A stretch of DNA of 64,000 bases from Thermodesulfobacteriota bacterium (GCA_963675595.2 CAXXLZ010000002.1:3424001-3488000), one strand, 5' to 3'; shown: positions 37,757 to 50,364, numbered from the stretch's first letter. A program made the numbers and translations. Notes: generated by a model not told the origin, from the sequence alone.

Positions 37757-38554
37757 TTATAGCCGACGGCCTTTGGCGATCGGTTCGCCGTCCAGGTGGA
37801 TGACCCCCTTCTCGTCCAAAGAGAAACGCCCCTGCGCAATCCACTGGATGGTCCTGGGAAAGATCTCCCAGTCTCCAACCTCTTTGAGGCGATCCTGGTG
37901 TTCGTCCGCCGTGCGTTCCAACAGCTCCGGGTCTCGGCGAAGCGTATCGATATCCGTGGGCAGGCGCACTTCCAAAGGTTTGGAAATCAGAAGCAAGGGG
38001 CCCGAATCCACTCCCAAGTCCGTCCATAAGGTGGAAGCCCGAAGTTCCCGCGAGCCCGCCGACAGAGCGTCTCTTACGGCGTGGTCCCCGACGAACCGCC
38101 TGGAGCCGTCCGGGTTTTCCACGGTGAGGTCCGCCGGGTGGACGTTTACGCAACGGGGAAGCGTGATGAAACTCATGTAGCCGCCTAAAGCGATAACGTC
38201 CACTTCAAAGGCTTCCACCAGCTTTCGAGCCACCTCATCGTATTCCCGACGAATCGCCATGCCTTCTTCGGTTGAAACCGACCGACGAACTCCTCGTATC
38301 TGATGGAAACGGCGCACGTCGTAGCTGAAATAGGGAATGCCGGCTTCGAGGGCGATGGCTTCACCCCGGGACCCTCCGTCGCTGCGGTCGCTGAAAATGA
38401 AGGCCAAGCGAAAGGGAGACCCCTCTTTCGACGATTCCAATCGACGCTGCAATTCCAGAAGCTTACGGATGTTGGTTCCCGAGCCGGACATGAAGCCGGC
38501 GACATGCATGGGGCGCTTTTTCTTCGCGGGATCGAAAAGCGGGGTCATGGCCAT
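37757..38554 (-). CDS. formyltransferase, PurN (GAR transformylase)-like
   Basis: MSGSGTN, LGGYM, NVHP, DSGP. Confidence 0.8.
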   Translation of the reverse strand: MAMTPLFDPAKKKRPMHVAGFMSGSGTNIRKLLELQRRLESSKEGSPFRLAFIFSDRSDGGSRGEAIALEAGIPYFSYDVRRFHQIRGVRRSVSTEEGMAIRREYDEVARKLVEAFEVDVIALGGYMSFITLPRCVNVHPADLTVENPDGSRRFVGDHAVRDALSAGSRELRASTLWTDLGVDSGPLLLISKPLEVRLPTDIDTLRRDPELLERTADEHQDRLKEVGDWEIFPRTIQWIAQGRFSLDEKGVIHLDGEPIAKGRRL

Positions 38555-38986
38555 GAGGGGCGTCCTCCTGATGAGAAATTCCATAAGCGAAGGTCGCGAC
38601 CGACGATTCTCTTCGCAGAGTGTTGCAGCCGTCCGACGGAAACGGGAAAGGAGCCGGCGGACTCGATGGCGCGATCTTGGTTCAATTGGCCCTCACTATA
38701 AATAAAAAGAAGGAAGGGGTTCAACCCGAGCCCTCCGTATTTCCGAAACTCGCCGCCTGAAACTCCGGGCGGGCTTGCGGCTCAGCATTCGCTCGGTTCG
38801 CGATGAGTGGCACGCTCCCTTATTCGGCGGAGGATTCGTCGAATCTTGGGCCCATTCCATGTACTCTCCACGGAAAGCGCAATGGGGTTGCGTCCTTACA
38901 TGTGCTCATTTATGATCTTGGATATTCCATAGGCCGTTTCGAAGACGGCGTTTGAGCCCACTTCACCATTCAAACCGCGGTACATC

Positions 38987-41308
38987 ATGTCCGAGCCCGG
39001 AAAACAGCCCTCCAACGATTCGTCTTCTACCAGGGCGGAAGCCGTCCAAGGGGAACTCACCGCCGATTTCGACCGGTTCCGGGTGTTCATTCAGGACATC
39101 GGGGAGGGAATCTACGAAACCGATTTGAGAGGCACTTTCACCTTCTATAACAAGGCGCTGTGCCGCCTTTTCGGGTGCTCCCCCGCCGAAATGCGGGAGA
39201 GGCACTTCCGGGAATTCATGGACGAAGAGCATTCCCGGAAGGTTACCGAGCACATCAACCAAATTTACCGCACCGGCCGGGAAATCAACGATCTGGTGTG
39301 GCGGATCACTCGGAAAGACGGGGAAGAACGAATCATCGAGCTCTCCGCGAGTCTGATTTATAACGAGCGCGGCGTCAAGCAGGGGTTTCGAGGCATTGCC
39401 CGCGACATAACGGAGAAGCACTACGCCCGTTTGGCGCTCAAGCAGTCCGAGGAGCGCTACCACACCCAATATGAAGCGAGCCGTAGAGCGGAAATGCGAT
39501 ACCGTGCCCTGTTGGATTTCCTGCCGGACCCCATTGTAGTGTTGAGCATGGCCGGGAAAGTGGTCTATGTGAATCCCGCCTTCGTGAAAGTGTTCGGTTG
39601 GACTCTTGAAGAGCTCGAGGGAAAGCGGATTCCCTTTGTGCCGGAAGACCTGCGGCAAAAAAGCAGATTGGATTTGAAACGACTGCTTCGGGAAAAATTC
39701 GTTCATGGATATGAGACTCGCCGCCTGACCAAGGACGGCCGGGTGATGGACGTGATCATCGGCGCTGCGTTGTTCTATGAAGAGGGCGACAAGCCGGCGG
39801 GGCAGGTGGCTATTCTGAACGATGTGACTCAGGAACGACGAACCGCACGGACCAACGAGGCCTTGTTGCGCGTAAGCACGGCATTGCACGAGTTTCGGAC
39901 GTTGGAGGAGGTCCTTGAGGTCATCGTTAAGCAGGTCCAGGGATTGGTGGATGTGGAAGGCGCTTCCGTAATTCTGTTGGACGAGGAGCATGGCGAGTTT
40001 TTCTTTCCCGTGGCCGCTTACGATGATCCGATAACCGGGAAGAAGATGCGGGAAATCAGGTTCCCGGCGGGCAAGGGTGTGGCCGGGGAAGTCTTGCGCA
40101 CGGGCAGGCCTTTGATCGTGCATGATACCTCCAAAAGTCCGCACTTCTATCAGCTGGTGGACGTGCAATCGGAATATGTAACCCACAGTATGCTCGACGT
40201 TCCCATAGCCACTCAGGAACGGATCATCGGAGTGCTGTGCGCTGTCAACAAACGCGAAGGGGACTTCGACAAGACCGATGCGGACACATTGAGCGCCATC
40301 GCGAGCACTGTGGCATTGCCTATCGAAAACGCACGAATGAACGAGGAGCTGGCCAGGTCCTACCGTGAAGTACAGAGTTTGAACCGGGCCAAAGATCGGG
40401 TCATTCACCATCTGTCGCATGAGTTGAAGACGCCTTTGTCCGTGTTGGCCGGCACTTTCAGGATCCTGTCTAAAAAGATGGAGAGGAATAAGGATTCCGA
40501 TCCCGGTTTGTCCCGCACGTTCCTGCGGGCCGAACGTAACCTCGAAAGGCTGCTTCGGATGCAATACGGCATTGAAGACATCTTGAAGGATCGCAGCTAC
40601 GAGGTTCACTACCTGCTCTCCAGTCTTTTGGATGCCTGTTCGGACGAATTGGAGACTCTGGTGGAGGAGGAGAGTGGAGAAGAGAACGCGCTCGAGCGCA
40701 TTCGAAGCAAAGTGGACCGACTTTTCGGGCCCCGGAACCATGAAGTCGAGAAGATCGAGCTTGGGACTTTTGTTCGGGAGAGGATAGCCGACCTTGCTCC
40801 TCGGTTTGCTCACAGGAAGATTCAGTCGGCGGAAAACCTGGAACCGAACCGAGTCATCACCATTCCCAGGGAGCCGTTGCGTGTGATCGTGGACGGGCTG
40901 GTGCGCAACGCCGTTGAGAACACGCCGGACGAAGGCTTGGTGCGGATCGGAGTGTGGGGGGAAGACGGGAAAGTGATTTTGGAAGTCGAGGACTACGGGG
41001 TGGGCATAACGGAGGAGAGTCGGGAAAGCTTGTTCAAAGGGGTTTTCACGACCAGAGATATTGAAGGATACTCTTCGAGGTCCCCTTTCGATTTCAATGC
41101 CGGAGGGAAGGGGGTCGACCTGCTTCGAATGAAGATATTCTCGGAGCTGTACGACTTCACCATTCGTATGGATTCCGAACGATGCCGTTTTCTACCCGAG
41201 GACCGGGACGTTTGTCCCGGAAGCATTTCCGGCTGCCCGCACTGTGAGAAGGAGTCCGATTGCAAACGGTCCGGCCGGACGTCCGTTCGCGTGGAGTTCT
41301 CTCATTGA
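38987..41308 (+). CDS. cytoplasmic sensor histidine kinase (2 PAS, GAF, HisKA, HATPase)
   Basis: PAS motifs (YNKAL, GIARDITE, VNPAF), GAF (GVAGEV, IGVLCAVNK), HELKTPL, NAVENT, DYGVGI, GKGVDL. Confidence 0.9.
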   Translation: MSEPGKQPSNDSSSTRAEAVQGELTADFDRFRVFIQDIGEGIYETDLRGTFTFYNKALCRLFGCSPAEMRERHFREFMDEEHSRKVTEHINQIYRTGREINDLVWRITRKDGEERIIELSASLIYNERGVKQGFRGIARDITEKHYARLALKQSEERYHTQYEASRRAEMRYRALLDFLPDPIVVLSMAGKVVYVNPAFVKVFGWTLEELEGKRIPFVPEDLRQKSRLDLKRLLREKFVHGYETRRLTKDGRVMDVIIGAALFYEEGDKPAGQVAILNDVTQERRTARTNEALLRVSTALHEFRTLEEVLEVIVKQVQGLVDVEGASVILLDEEHGEFFFPVAAYDDPITGKKMREIRFPAGKGVAGEVLRTGRPLIVHDTSKSPHFYQLVDVQSEYVTHSMLDVPIATQERIIGVLCAVNKREGDFDKTDADTLSAIASTVALPIENARMNEELARSYREVQSLNRAKDRVIHHLSHELKTPLSVLAGTFRILSKKMERNKDSDPGLSRTFLRAERNLERLLRMQYGIEDILKDRSYEVHYLLSSLLDACSDELETLVEEESGEENALERIRSKVDRLFGPRNHEVEKIELGTFVRERIADLAPRFAHRKIQSAENLEPNRVITIPREPLRVIVDGLVRNAVENTPDEGLVRIGVWGEDGKVILEVEDYGVGITEESRESLFKGVFTTRDIEGYSSRSPFDFNAGGKGVDLLRMKIFSELYDFTIRMDSERCRFLPEDRDVCPGSISGCPHCEKESDCKRSGRTSVRVEFSH

Positions 41309-41336
41309 CGACCAACTCTTACCCGTTTTGGCTTTT

Positions 41337-42218
41337 ATGGAAAAGGATATTCGTAAATTGGACATTTCCCGGCAGGCCTCGGCTACGCCGGACCATTTTT
41401 TCCGCGAGCTCCAGATCGAGTTTCTCCTGCATGAGTTGAAAGACCCCTTCTCAGTCATTGAAGCCGGGGTCAGAGCTTTGTTGGAGCAGAGGGAAAAGTT
41501 CGGACCTTTGTCCCCGAGACAGGAAAGGACCCTTCAGCGAATTCTGCGGAGCGCGCTGAAGACCAAGGGGATGTTGCACAACTTGCTGGAAGTGGGTCGG
41601 TCCGAAGCGGGTTGTTTCGACTGTCGGAAATTTCGCGTGATTCATGCCGTATTGTCGACGCTTCTGGATGCAGTCGAAGCCATGGAACGGCTTTCCTACG
41701 AGGAGTTCAGGAAGCAGCGGATCCAAGACAACATGCTGGAATTTCTTGACTCTTGCGGCTTGTTTCTCAGGGTCGCTCCACAACTGGAAAGCCTGGAGTT
41801 GGAGCAAGACGAAGCCAAGTTCTGCCAGATCCTGGGCAACTTGGTGAAAAATGCTCTCCATCATCGCAAGAGCTCGGTGGAGATCAGTCTGGATCAAGAA
41901 GGCGACATCGTGGTTATCGAGGTCCGTGACGACGGACCGGGAATCAAGCCGGAACATCGAGAAATTATTTTCGCGCGATACGCGCAAGTGCCCGGCAGGG
42001 GAGGCTCCGAGGGAATGCGGAAAGGGCATGGGCTGGGTTTGGCGGGGGCACGGATTCTTGCGCGACGTCTTGGCGGAGAGATTGAAGTGATTGCCGGAAA
42101 GACAAGGGGCGCCGCCTTTCGGTTCACGCTTCCCGTAAAGCCGGACGCGGTGGGGGGGGAGGAGCCCGGGGAGTCGCCTTTTACACCGGACCGCGAGAAT
42201 TCGGAGAGCGCTTGCTAG
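41337..42218 (+). CDS. histidine kinase lacking an input domain (HisKA-HATPase only)
   Basis: HELKDP, NLVKNAL, DDGPGI, GHGLGL. Confidence 0.85.
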   Translation: MEKDIRKLDISRQASATPDHFFRELQIEFLLHELKDPFSVIEAGVRALLEQREKFGPLSPRQERTLQRILRSALKTKGMLHNLLEVGRSEAGCFDCRKFRVIHAVLSTLLDAVEAMERLSYEEFRKQRIQDNMLEFLDSCGLFLRVAPQLESLELEQDEAKFCQILGNLVKNALHHRKSSVEISLDQEGDIVVIEVRDDGPGIKPEHREIIFARYAQVPGRGGSEGMRKGHGLGLAGARILARRLGGEIEVIAGKTRGAAFRFTLPVKPDAVGGEEPGESPFTPDRENSESAC

Positions 42219-42318
42219 GGAATCAACCGGCGGGTGCTCAGCATGGTAATGCGGGGATGTCGCCGCACGGCAGTCCGAAGCGCGGATATCCCGTTATTCC
42301 TGATTGGGAGACAGCGGA

Positions 42319-42876
42319 ATGAAAGAAGAGAAGGATTTTCTTGAGGGAAAGCGAATTTTGGCCGTGGACGACGAGGAAGATGTTCTGGAAACCATAGAAG
42401 ACCTGATCATGCAGGCTAAGGTGGACACGGCTCGAGACTACGAGACGGCCTCGCTGAAGATCAAGGAAACCAAATACGACCTTGCCATCCTGGACATTAT
42501 GGGGGTTGACGGCTTGACGCTGCTGGAGGAGGCGGTGGAGCGAGGGATTCCAGCGGTGATGCTCACGGCCCATGCAGTGAATCCGGAATCCCTGATCGCA
42601 TCGATCCGAAAGGGCGCCATCAGCTACCTTCCGAAAGAAAAGCTGGCCGAGTTGGACCGGTTTCTCAATGAGTTGCTGGCTCATTGCGAAAAGGGAGAAC
42701 CTCCATGGAAACTGCTTTTCGAGCGGTTGGGGGAGTACTTCGACGAGCGATTCGGGCCCGACTGGAAGGCGCGTCACAAAGAGTTCTGGTCGGAATTCGA
42801 TCGTGCCTACGTGGTGGGAAAGGGCGCTCAAGCCCGGCTGATGAAGGATGAACGGTTTCGTTCGCGAGGAATCTGA
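42319..42876 (+). CDS. response regulator (REC plus short C-terminal extension)
   Basis: AVDDE, ILDIM, MLTAH, YLPKE. Confidence 0.9.
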   Translation: MKEEKDFLEGKRILAVDDEEDVLETIEDLIMQAKVDTARDYETASLKIKETKYDLAILDIMGVDGLTLLEEAVERGIPAVMLTAHAVNPESLIASIRKGAISYLPKEKLAELDRFLNELLAHCEKGEPPWKLLFERLGEYFDERFGPDWKARHKEFWSEFDRAYVVGKGAQARLMKDERFRSRGI

Positions 42877-43498
42877 GGGCGGGAAGAGTGAAGAAATTCA
42901 CTTAGTGGTTTGGACAACTTTGACCTTCCATCATAATGATTCTCGGAGCTGCAATACGAGGTAAAAGTATCTTCCTAAGAAGTTGTTTATAATAGGTTGA
43001 ACTCACCGTCCTCCTTTTTGGACATTAGAAAGCCTTTTGCCTTTGCCGCCTATTCGTGCCCACATGACGAAAGGAACTACTACTTCGCTTCGCGTACATA
43101 TTGTCTGATCCGGTCTTAACGGGCCCATCCGAATGGGTATTCATTTTGTAATACCTTTGGTGGGGAACGCGACCTCTGTAGAAGGACCTTTGTGAAGCGC
43201 ATGAGAACGGCCCTATGGTTGACCAATGTCACACGTTCCGGTCGTTTACGTGGTTTGCGTTCCTTGTGGTTTCTTGCTTTTAAAACGGTCTGAGATTTCA
43301 GTTGGTTGGAGATAGGTAAGGGAATGCCGGGCGACGAACCCCGAGAAAATAGCCGGGGTTTGGAGGGCTCGATGGGCCGGAACCGCAGTATCCATCGTAT
43401 TTTCTGCTTTACAACGGAAAATCGGCTATGGCATACTTGGCTAACTTTTCAGGGGTGCCAAACCTATAAGTATGGAGAAACGGGGGGATAAACGCATT

Positions 43499-43771
43499 AT
43501 GAACAAAGCGGACATTATCAATGAGATGGCCGAAGCCGCCGGTATCTCGAAGGCTGTAGCCGGAAAGGCTTTGGACGGCATGCTTGGTGCGATCGAGCAG
43601 GCTCTGAAGGGCGGAGACAAGGTGACCTTGGTGGGTTTCGGGACCTTTATGGTCGCAAAGAGGGCTGCCCGAACCGGTCGGAATCCCCAGACAAAACAGG
43701 AAATCAAGATACCGGAAGCCAACGTTCCGAAGTTCAAACCGGGCAACAAGCTGAAAGACGCGGTCAAGTAA
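43499..43771 (+). CDS. hup: DNA-binding protein HU
   Basis: MNKADII, LVGFGTF, GRNPQT, PKFKPG. Confidence 0.96.
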   Translation: MNKADIINEMAEAAGISKAVAGKALDGMLGAIEQALKGGDKVTLVGFGTFMVAKRAARTGRNPQTKQEIKIPEANVPKFKPGNKLKDAVK

Positions 43772-44021
43772 ACGCCCTCGCCTGAGCCGCTCCCGGTTTT
43801 CCAAAGGAGGAGCGCGAAGAGGTCGCCCCGAGGTCCTCGGTTGCCTCTTGGTGATCCGAAGTCGTCTAAGTGCTCCGGTTTTCATCGATTGGGGCCGCTT
43901 CATTGGATATTTGTTCGAGTGTCTATCAGAGTCCTTCCGTGGGGCATAGACCCGGTATGTCGAAACGTTTAACGGAAGAGGCTTCGCGTAAGATCGCTTC
44001 TTTTTTCCGAATGGACGAATA

Positions 44022-44059
44022 AGGGCTCCTGAAGGAACATCGTTTCCTTCAGGAGCCCT
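44022..44059. terminator. strong hairpin between convergent hup and aminotransferase genes
   Basis: Perfect 16-bp stem AGGGCTCCTGAAGGAA / TTCCTTCAGGAGCCCT. Confidence 0.7.
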
Positions 44060-44101
44060 CGTATTTTCATCCGTTCGGCCTTCGCCGGAAAGGACCCCGG
44101 A

Positions 44102-45292
44102 TCAATCGGAGGTCAGGGCCCTTTCCATCCTGTCGAGACCCTCCCGAATTTGTTCCATGGACGTGGCGAAAGAAAGCCGGATGTAGGGGTCGGCCCCGAA
44201 TCCGATGCCGGGAACCACCGCCACCTTGGCCACGTCCAGCAGAAAATCCGCCATGGAGTTGGAGTCTTCGATCTTCTTCCCCGAGATCGTACGTCCATAA
44301 TACTCGGAAACGTTGGGGAAAGCGTAGAATGCGCCTTTCGGATCGAAACACCGGATCCCGGGCATTTGGTTGAGACGCCGGATGATGTAATCCTTGCGTT
44401 CCTGAAAGGCCTCCCTCAGCATGTCGATGAAATCCTGCGGACCGGTAAGGGCTTCGACAGCCGCTTTCTGGGCAATGGAATTGGGATTGGAAGTGCTCTG
44501 GCTCTGAATCTTGGTAACGGCTCCGATAATCTCCTTGGGACCCGCCATGTACCCAATGCGCCATCCGGTCATGGAATAGGATTTGGACACGCCGTTAAGC
44601 ACCAGGGATCTCTCTTTGACCTCTTTTCCGATGGAAGCCATGGTATGGAAGGTGGCTCCGTCGAATAGAATCTTTTCGTAAATGTCGTCGGAAATGAGGA
44701 AAAAATCGTTTTCCACGGCGACCTGGGCGATGGCTTCCAGCTCGGCACGTGTATACACGGAACCCGTGGGATTGGAGGGGCTGTTAATCACCAGGGCTTT
44801 GGTGGCCGGTGTTACGTTCTCCCGCAATTGCTCGGGAGTGATTTTGAAATTCTGCTCCTGGGTGGTTTCCACGATGACGGGTTTGGCGCCGGCCAAGATC
44901 GTCATGGGCGGATACGACACCCAAAACGGAGCCGGTATGATCACTTCGTCGCCTTGATCGAAGAGCACTTGAGCCAAATTGTAGAACGAGTGCTTGCCTC
45001 CGCAGTTCACCACGACTTCGCCTCGGGTGTACTCGAGTCCGTTGTCTTTCCGGAATTTGTCAATAACGGCGTCCTTGAGTTCGTCGGTTCCGCCAGCCGC
45101 GGTATAGCGGGTAAACCCGTCACGGATGGCTTTGATCGCCGCTTCCTTGATGTTCTCCGGCGTATCGAAGTCGGGTTCACCGGCTCCGAAACTGACCAGA
45201 TCCACGCCCTGGGCTTTCATGGCTTTGGCTTTGGCGTCTACGGCCAAAGTGGGGGAAGGTTTGATCTGAGAAATTCTGTTGGAAAGGTTCAT
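44102..45292 (-). CDS. aspC: aspartate aminotransferase (PLP class I/II)
   Basis: GEPDFDTP, NSPSNPTG, DDIYE, SKSYSMTGWRIG. Confidence 0.9.
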   Translation of the reverse strand: MNLSNRISQIKPSPTLAVDAKAKAMKAQGVDLVSFGAGEPDFDTPENIKEAAIKAIRDGFTRYTAAGGTDELKDAVIDKFRKDNGLEYTRGEVVVNCGGKHSFYNLAQVLFDQGDEVIIPAPFWVSYPPMTILAGAKPVIVETTQEQNFKITPEQLRENVTPATKALVINSPSNPTGSVYTRAELEAIAQVAVENDFFLISDDIYEKILFDGATFHTMASIGKEVKERSLVLNGVSKSYSMTGWRIGYMAGPKEIIGAVTKIQSQSTSNPNSIAQKAAVEALTGPQDFIDMLREAFQERKDYIIRRLNQMPGIRCFDPKGAFYAFPNVSEYYGRTISGKKIEDSNSMADFLLDVAKVAVVPGIGFGADPYIRLSFATSMEQIREGLDRMERALTSD

Positions 45293-46018
45293 GACTCATG
45301 TGCTCCTGAAAGTTGAAATGCGATGAGAAACTCCTTGTTCCCTTTTGGGCCCAAAATCGGTGAGTCTATCACACCCAGAATATGACATTCAAGGCCTACA
45401 AGGAACTCCTCAATCTTCGTTACGACCTCGACGTGACGATGAACATCTCGGACGACCCCGCCCTTTCCCACTTCTCCTTTGCCCACTTCGAATTGAGGCT
45501 TGATAAGGGCAATGCACCAAGCTTCCGATGATAGTATCTTCAGCAAAGGCGGTATCAGCAACGTAAGGGAAATAAAGGAGGCATCGATCACGGCGCCTTG
45601 GAGGGGCTCGTCGAAGAGAGCGGAGGTCAGATATCGCGCATTTGTCTTTTCAAAAACGACGACCCGAGGATCGTTTCTTAAGGACCAATCCAGCTGCCCG
45701 TAGCCTACGTCCACGGCATAGACTTTTCGCGCACCGAATTCGAGGAGACAATGAGTGAAGCCGCCGGTGGAGGCCCCGATGTCCGCCACCACGGTCCCCT
45801 CCACGGGAACCTGGAAATGAAGGAGAGCCGCTTCCAGTTTAAGGCCGCCACGGCTCACAAAGCGACAACCGCTTCCCCGAACCTCCATCTCAGCGGATTC
45901 AGGCAGCGGCGCTCCCGCTTTCTCCACCCGCTTTCCACGGCTGTAGACGATTCCTCCAAGAATCATGGCTTGGGCTTTGCTTCGGTTGGGAGCAAGGCCC
46001 AGTTGAACCATTCGTTCG

Positions 46019-46038
<20 letters not shown>
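45289..46038 (-). CDS. tlyA: TlyA-family rRNA 2'-O-methyltransferase (S4 + FtsJ)
   Basis: VSRGGLKL, DIGASTGGFT, DVGYGQL, KPQFE, GNKEF. Confidence 0.94.
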
Positions 46039-47911
<1,873 letters not shown>

Positions 47912-48209
47912 GAATTATCAGTCCTTGTCCTCGCCTTTGGTTGACTGTGCCGTCCGCCACTTGGTTCCGTCCGCCGGTGACTTCCGACCGGAAACCGCGG
48001 GTCGATCGCCCGAACAAGCTATTGAAAGGCACCCCTTCCGCTCAAGAGCATACAGCGCGAGGGGCCGATCGGTGACTTCGGAGAAGGGAATCCGGGAGAA
48101 CCGGATTTGAGCCGCTTGTGAAAAGGAACCCCGTTCTTTGTATATGCAGTATCCCTTCGAGCGTCAAGGCCAACGCGCCCTCGGGAGAGGAAAGCGATAT
48201 AAGGTGGAC

Positions 48210-49100
48210 TTACTTCTTTCGATTGAGTAAGTGCAACGCCAAGTCCTTTAGCGGTTCCGCGCGATCATCAAAGGAAGATAGGGCGGCCAGGGCCTGTTCC
48301 ACCATTTGCTTTTCCCGGGCCTCCGATTCCGCGATGCCGAGAACTGCGGGGTACGTGGCCTTGTTCTTTTCGAGGTCGCTGCCGGCGGGCTTACCGATCT
48401 CCTCGCTGGTGCCGACTACGTCCAGCAAATCGTCGCGGATCTGGAAAGCAAGTCCAAGGAAATCGCCGTATCTGGACAAATTGGATACGGATTCCTCGGT
48501 TCCCCCCGCGAGGATGGCGCCCGAAGATACGGACGCTCGGATCAAAGCGGCGGTCTTGGTCGAATGGATGAATTGCACCACATCGATTGTGGGACGAACT
48601 CCCTCCGATTCGATGTCCACCATCTGTCCGCCGACCATGCCTCGGAATCCGGCCAGATCGGCAACCACTCGTGTCGCTTCCAACAGCTGTTCCGACGATA
48701 TCTCGGGGTGCAACGCCCGTCGTGTCATGACGGAAAACGCTTCGGTAAGAAGTCCGTCCCCGGCAAGAATGGCTGCGGCGTCGCCGAATCGTTTATGGTT
48801 GGTCGGAATGCCACGGCGAAAATCATCGTTATCCATGGCGGGCAGGTCGTCATGGATCAAAGAATAAGCGTGGATCATTTCCAGCGCGCAGGCGAAATTC
48901 ACGACGGTGTCCGGGTTGCCTCCAACGGCCTCGGCTCCGGCCATGCACAGAATGGGGCGGATTCTCTTGCCGCCTGCTAGAAGGCTATATCTCATGGCCT
49001 CCACCACCGTCCGCTGGTGACTATCAATAGGAGGAAGCAACCGGTTCAATGCTTGGTCGATACGATCGCGTCGGTCGTGCAGGTATTCTGAGAGATTCAT
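48210..49100 (-). CDS. ispA: geranyltranstransferase / FPP synthase
   Basis: GGKRIRP, IHDDLPAMD, RRG, FQIRDDLLD, KATY. Confidence 0.94.
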   Translation of the reverse strand: MNLSEYLHDRRDRIDQALNRLLPPIDSHQRTVVEAMRYSLLAGGKRIRPILCMAGAEAVGGNPDTVVNFACALEMIHAYSLIHDDLPAMDNDDFRRGIPTNHKRFGDAAAILAGDGLLTEAFSVMTRRALHPEISSEQLLEATRVVADLAGFRGMVGGQMVDIESEGVRPTIDVVQFIHSTKTAALIRASVSSGAILAGGTEESVSNLSRYGDFLGLAFQIRDDLLDVVGTSEEIGKPAGSDLEKNKATYPAVLGIAESEAREKQMVEQALAALSSFDDRAEPLKDLALHLLNRKK

Positions 49101-49107
49101 GTGGGCT

Positions 49108-49350
49108 CTATTCGGATTCCGGTGGTTTGGATTCGAAAGGTTCCGTTGTGAGCTTTCCCGATTCGTCTCGAAGCAGGATTTCGACTTTACGCTCCGCTTC
49201 TTCCAGTTTCTTGCGGCATTGGCGAGCCAACTCAACGCCCCTCTCAAACGCTTGCAAGGAGTCGTCCAGAGAAAGCTCTCCACTTTCCATCTTCTTGATG
49301 ACGGCTTCGAGTTCGGAGAGGGCTTCTTCAAACTTCAAAGGATCTGACAC
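49108..49350 (-). CDS. xseB: exodeoxyribonuclease VII small subunit
   Basis: FEEALSELE...LSLDDSL..FERG...L..AE. Confidence 0.92.
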   Translation of the reverse strand: MSDPLKFEEALSELEAVIKKMESGELSLDDSLQAFERGVELARQCRKKLEEAERKVEILLRDESGKLTTEPFESKPPESE

Positions 49351-49455
49351 GCTGCGTTCTCCAGTGCCTTTTTGTTGGGAAATCATGCCTACAATCACAT
49401 GCGCCGGCTGAGAAACGTACCTGGCGTGCGGCATTTCGGGAGGGCGGTCCTCCGA

Positions 49456-50364
49456 TTAGTGCGTCACCATCGCCTCTTCGGTAACTCGAATCAGCTCCAG
49501 AGGGTCCACTCGGGCTCCATTGAGACGGACGCCCCAATGAAGGTGCACTCCAGTCGATCTGCCCGTACTTCCGGCCAAGCCCACAGGTTGACCCCTCCGG
49601 ACCGTTGCTCCTTCACGAACCAAGGGACGATCCAGATGGAAATACATCGTGTAAAGGCCCTGACCGTGATCTACGAACACGCTGTTTCCCGCGTAGTACA
49701 AGTCTTTTACGAGGACCGCCGTGCCGTCGTTCGAGCAGAGGATATTCTCATTTCTGTCGGCCCTGAAGTCAACCCCGGAGTGAGGGCTTCGCGGCTTCCC
49801 GTTGATGAAGCTGGCCTTGCCGAAAGTCCCGGTAATTTTGCCGGACACCGGCCTGATGAAGGGAGCCTTCCAGAGCCGCCGAGGGGAACGGCGTTTCCAG
49901 AGTTCTTCGAGGAGGTTCGTTTCACGATCAATGCGCTGAAGCAGTTCGGGAGTCAGTTTGCTTTCCTTGACCGTAAATCGCCTGACACCGAAGTCGCGAT
50001 CCTCGACGGGGACCTTGAAGGCGGACACTCCCTTGGAGGTGCGCAAGGTCAGAAGATGGTCCCCGGGCTTCGCACCCAGGTCGATTCCCACCAAACCCTG
50101 GAAGGTCCCATCGTCTGCCGGCTCAAAAGGAATCTCCGTTCCCATGAAACTCCCGGAAACGTGGTCACCGGGCGTGGAGACGGTGACGGTAAGGAGATGT
50201 ACGCCACCACGGGCCGCGGGTTCAGGGGCCAGTCGCCAAGTGGAAATTGCCCCGTTCCCCGTTTCGGCAAAGCCGGCGGCGCCGAATACGCAAAGAAGAA
50301 CGACCATGGCAAACAAGACGATCCCCGCACGTTTCCCGCCAAGAGTGGACTCCGCCGGGTTCAT
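49456..50364 (-). CDS. M23-family metallopeptidase
   Basis: Signal/TM segment, HSGVD, DHG, GSTGRSTGVHLHW. Confidence 0.9.
   Translation of the reverse strand: MNPAESTLGGKRAGIVLFAMVVLLCVFGAAGFAETGNGAISTWRLAPEPAARGGVHLLTVTVSTPGDHVSGSFMGTEIPFEPADDGTFQGLVGIDLGAKPGDHLLTLRTSKGVSAFKVPVEDRDFGVRRFTVKESKLTPELLQRIDRETNLLEELWKRRSPRRLWKAPFIRPVSGKITGTFGKASFINGKPRSPHSGVDFRADRNENILCSNDGTAVLVKDLYYAGNSVFVDHGQGLYTMYFHLDRPLVREGATVRRGQPVGLAGSTGRSTGVHLHWGVRLNGARVDPLELIRVTEEAMVTH

Noticed and set aside
38808-38825. TGGCACG sigma54 -24 box upstream of the sensor kinase
   Set aside because: No GC at the -12 position (reads CTTA)
38963-40813. 616-aa minus-strand ORF
   Set aside because: Antisense shadow of the PAS/GAF kinase
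43020-43062. GGCAAA/GCAAAA...CTAA riboswitch-like words on the minus strand
   Set aside because: Lacks the GNRA-capped stem required for a GEMM aptamer
47912-48209. Possible TPP riboswitch upstream of dxs
   Set aside because: No CTGAGA/ACCTG core on the coding strand; only short GC-rich repeats
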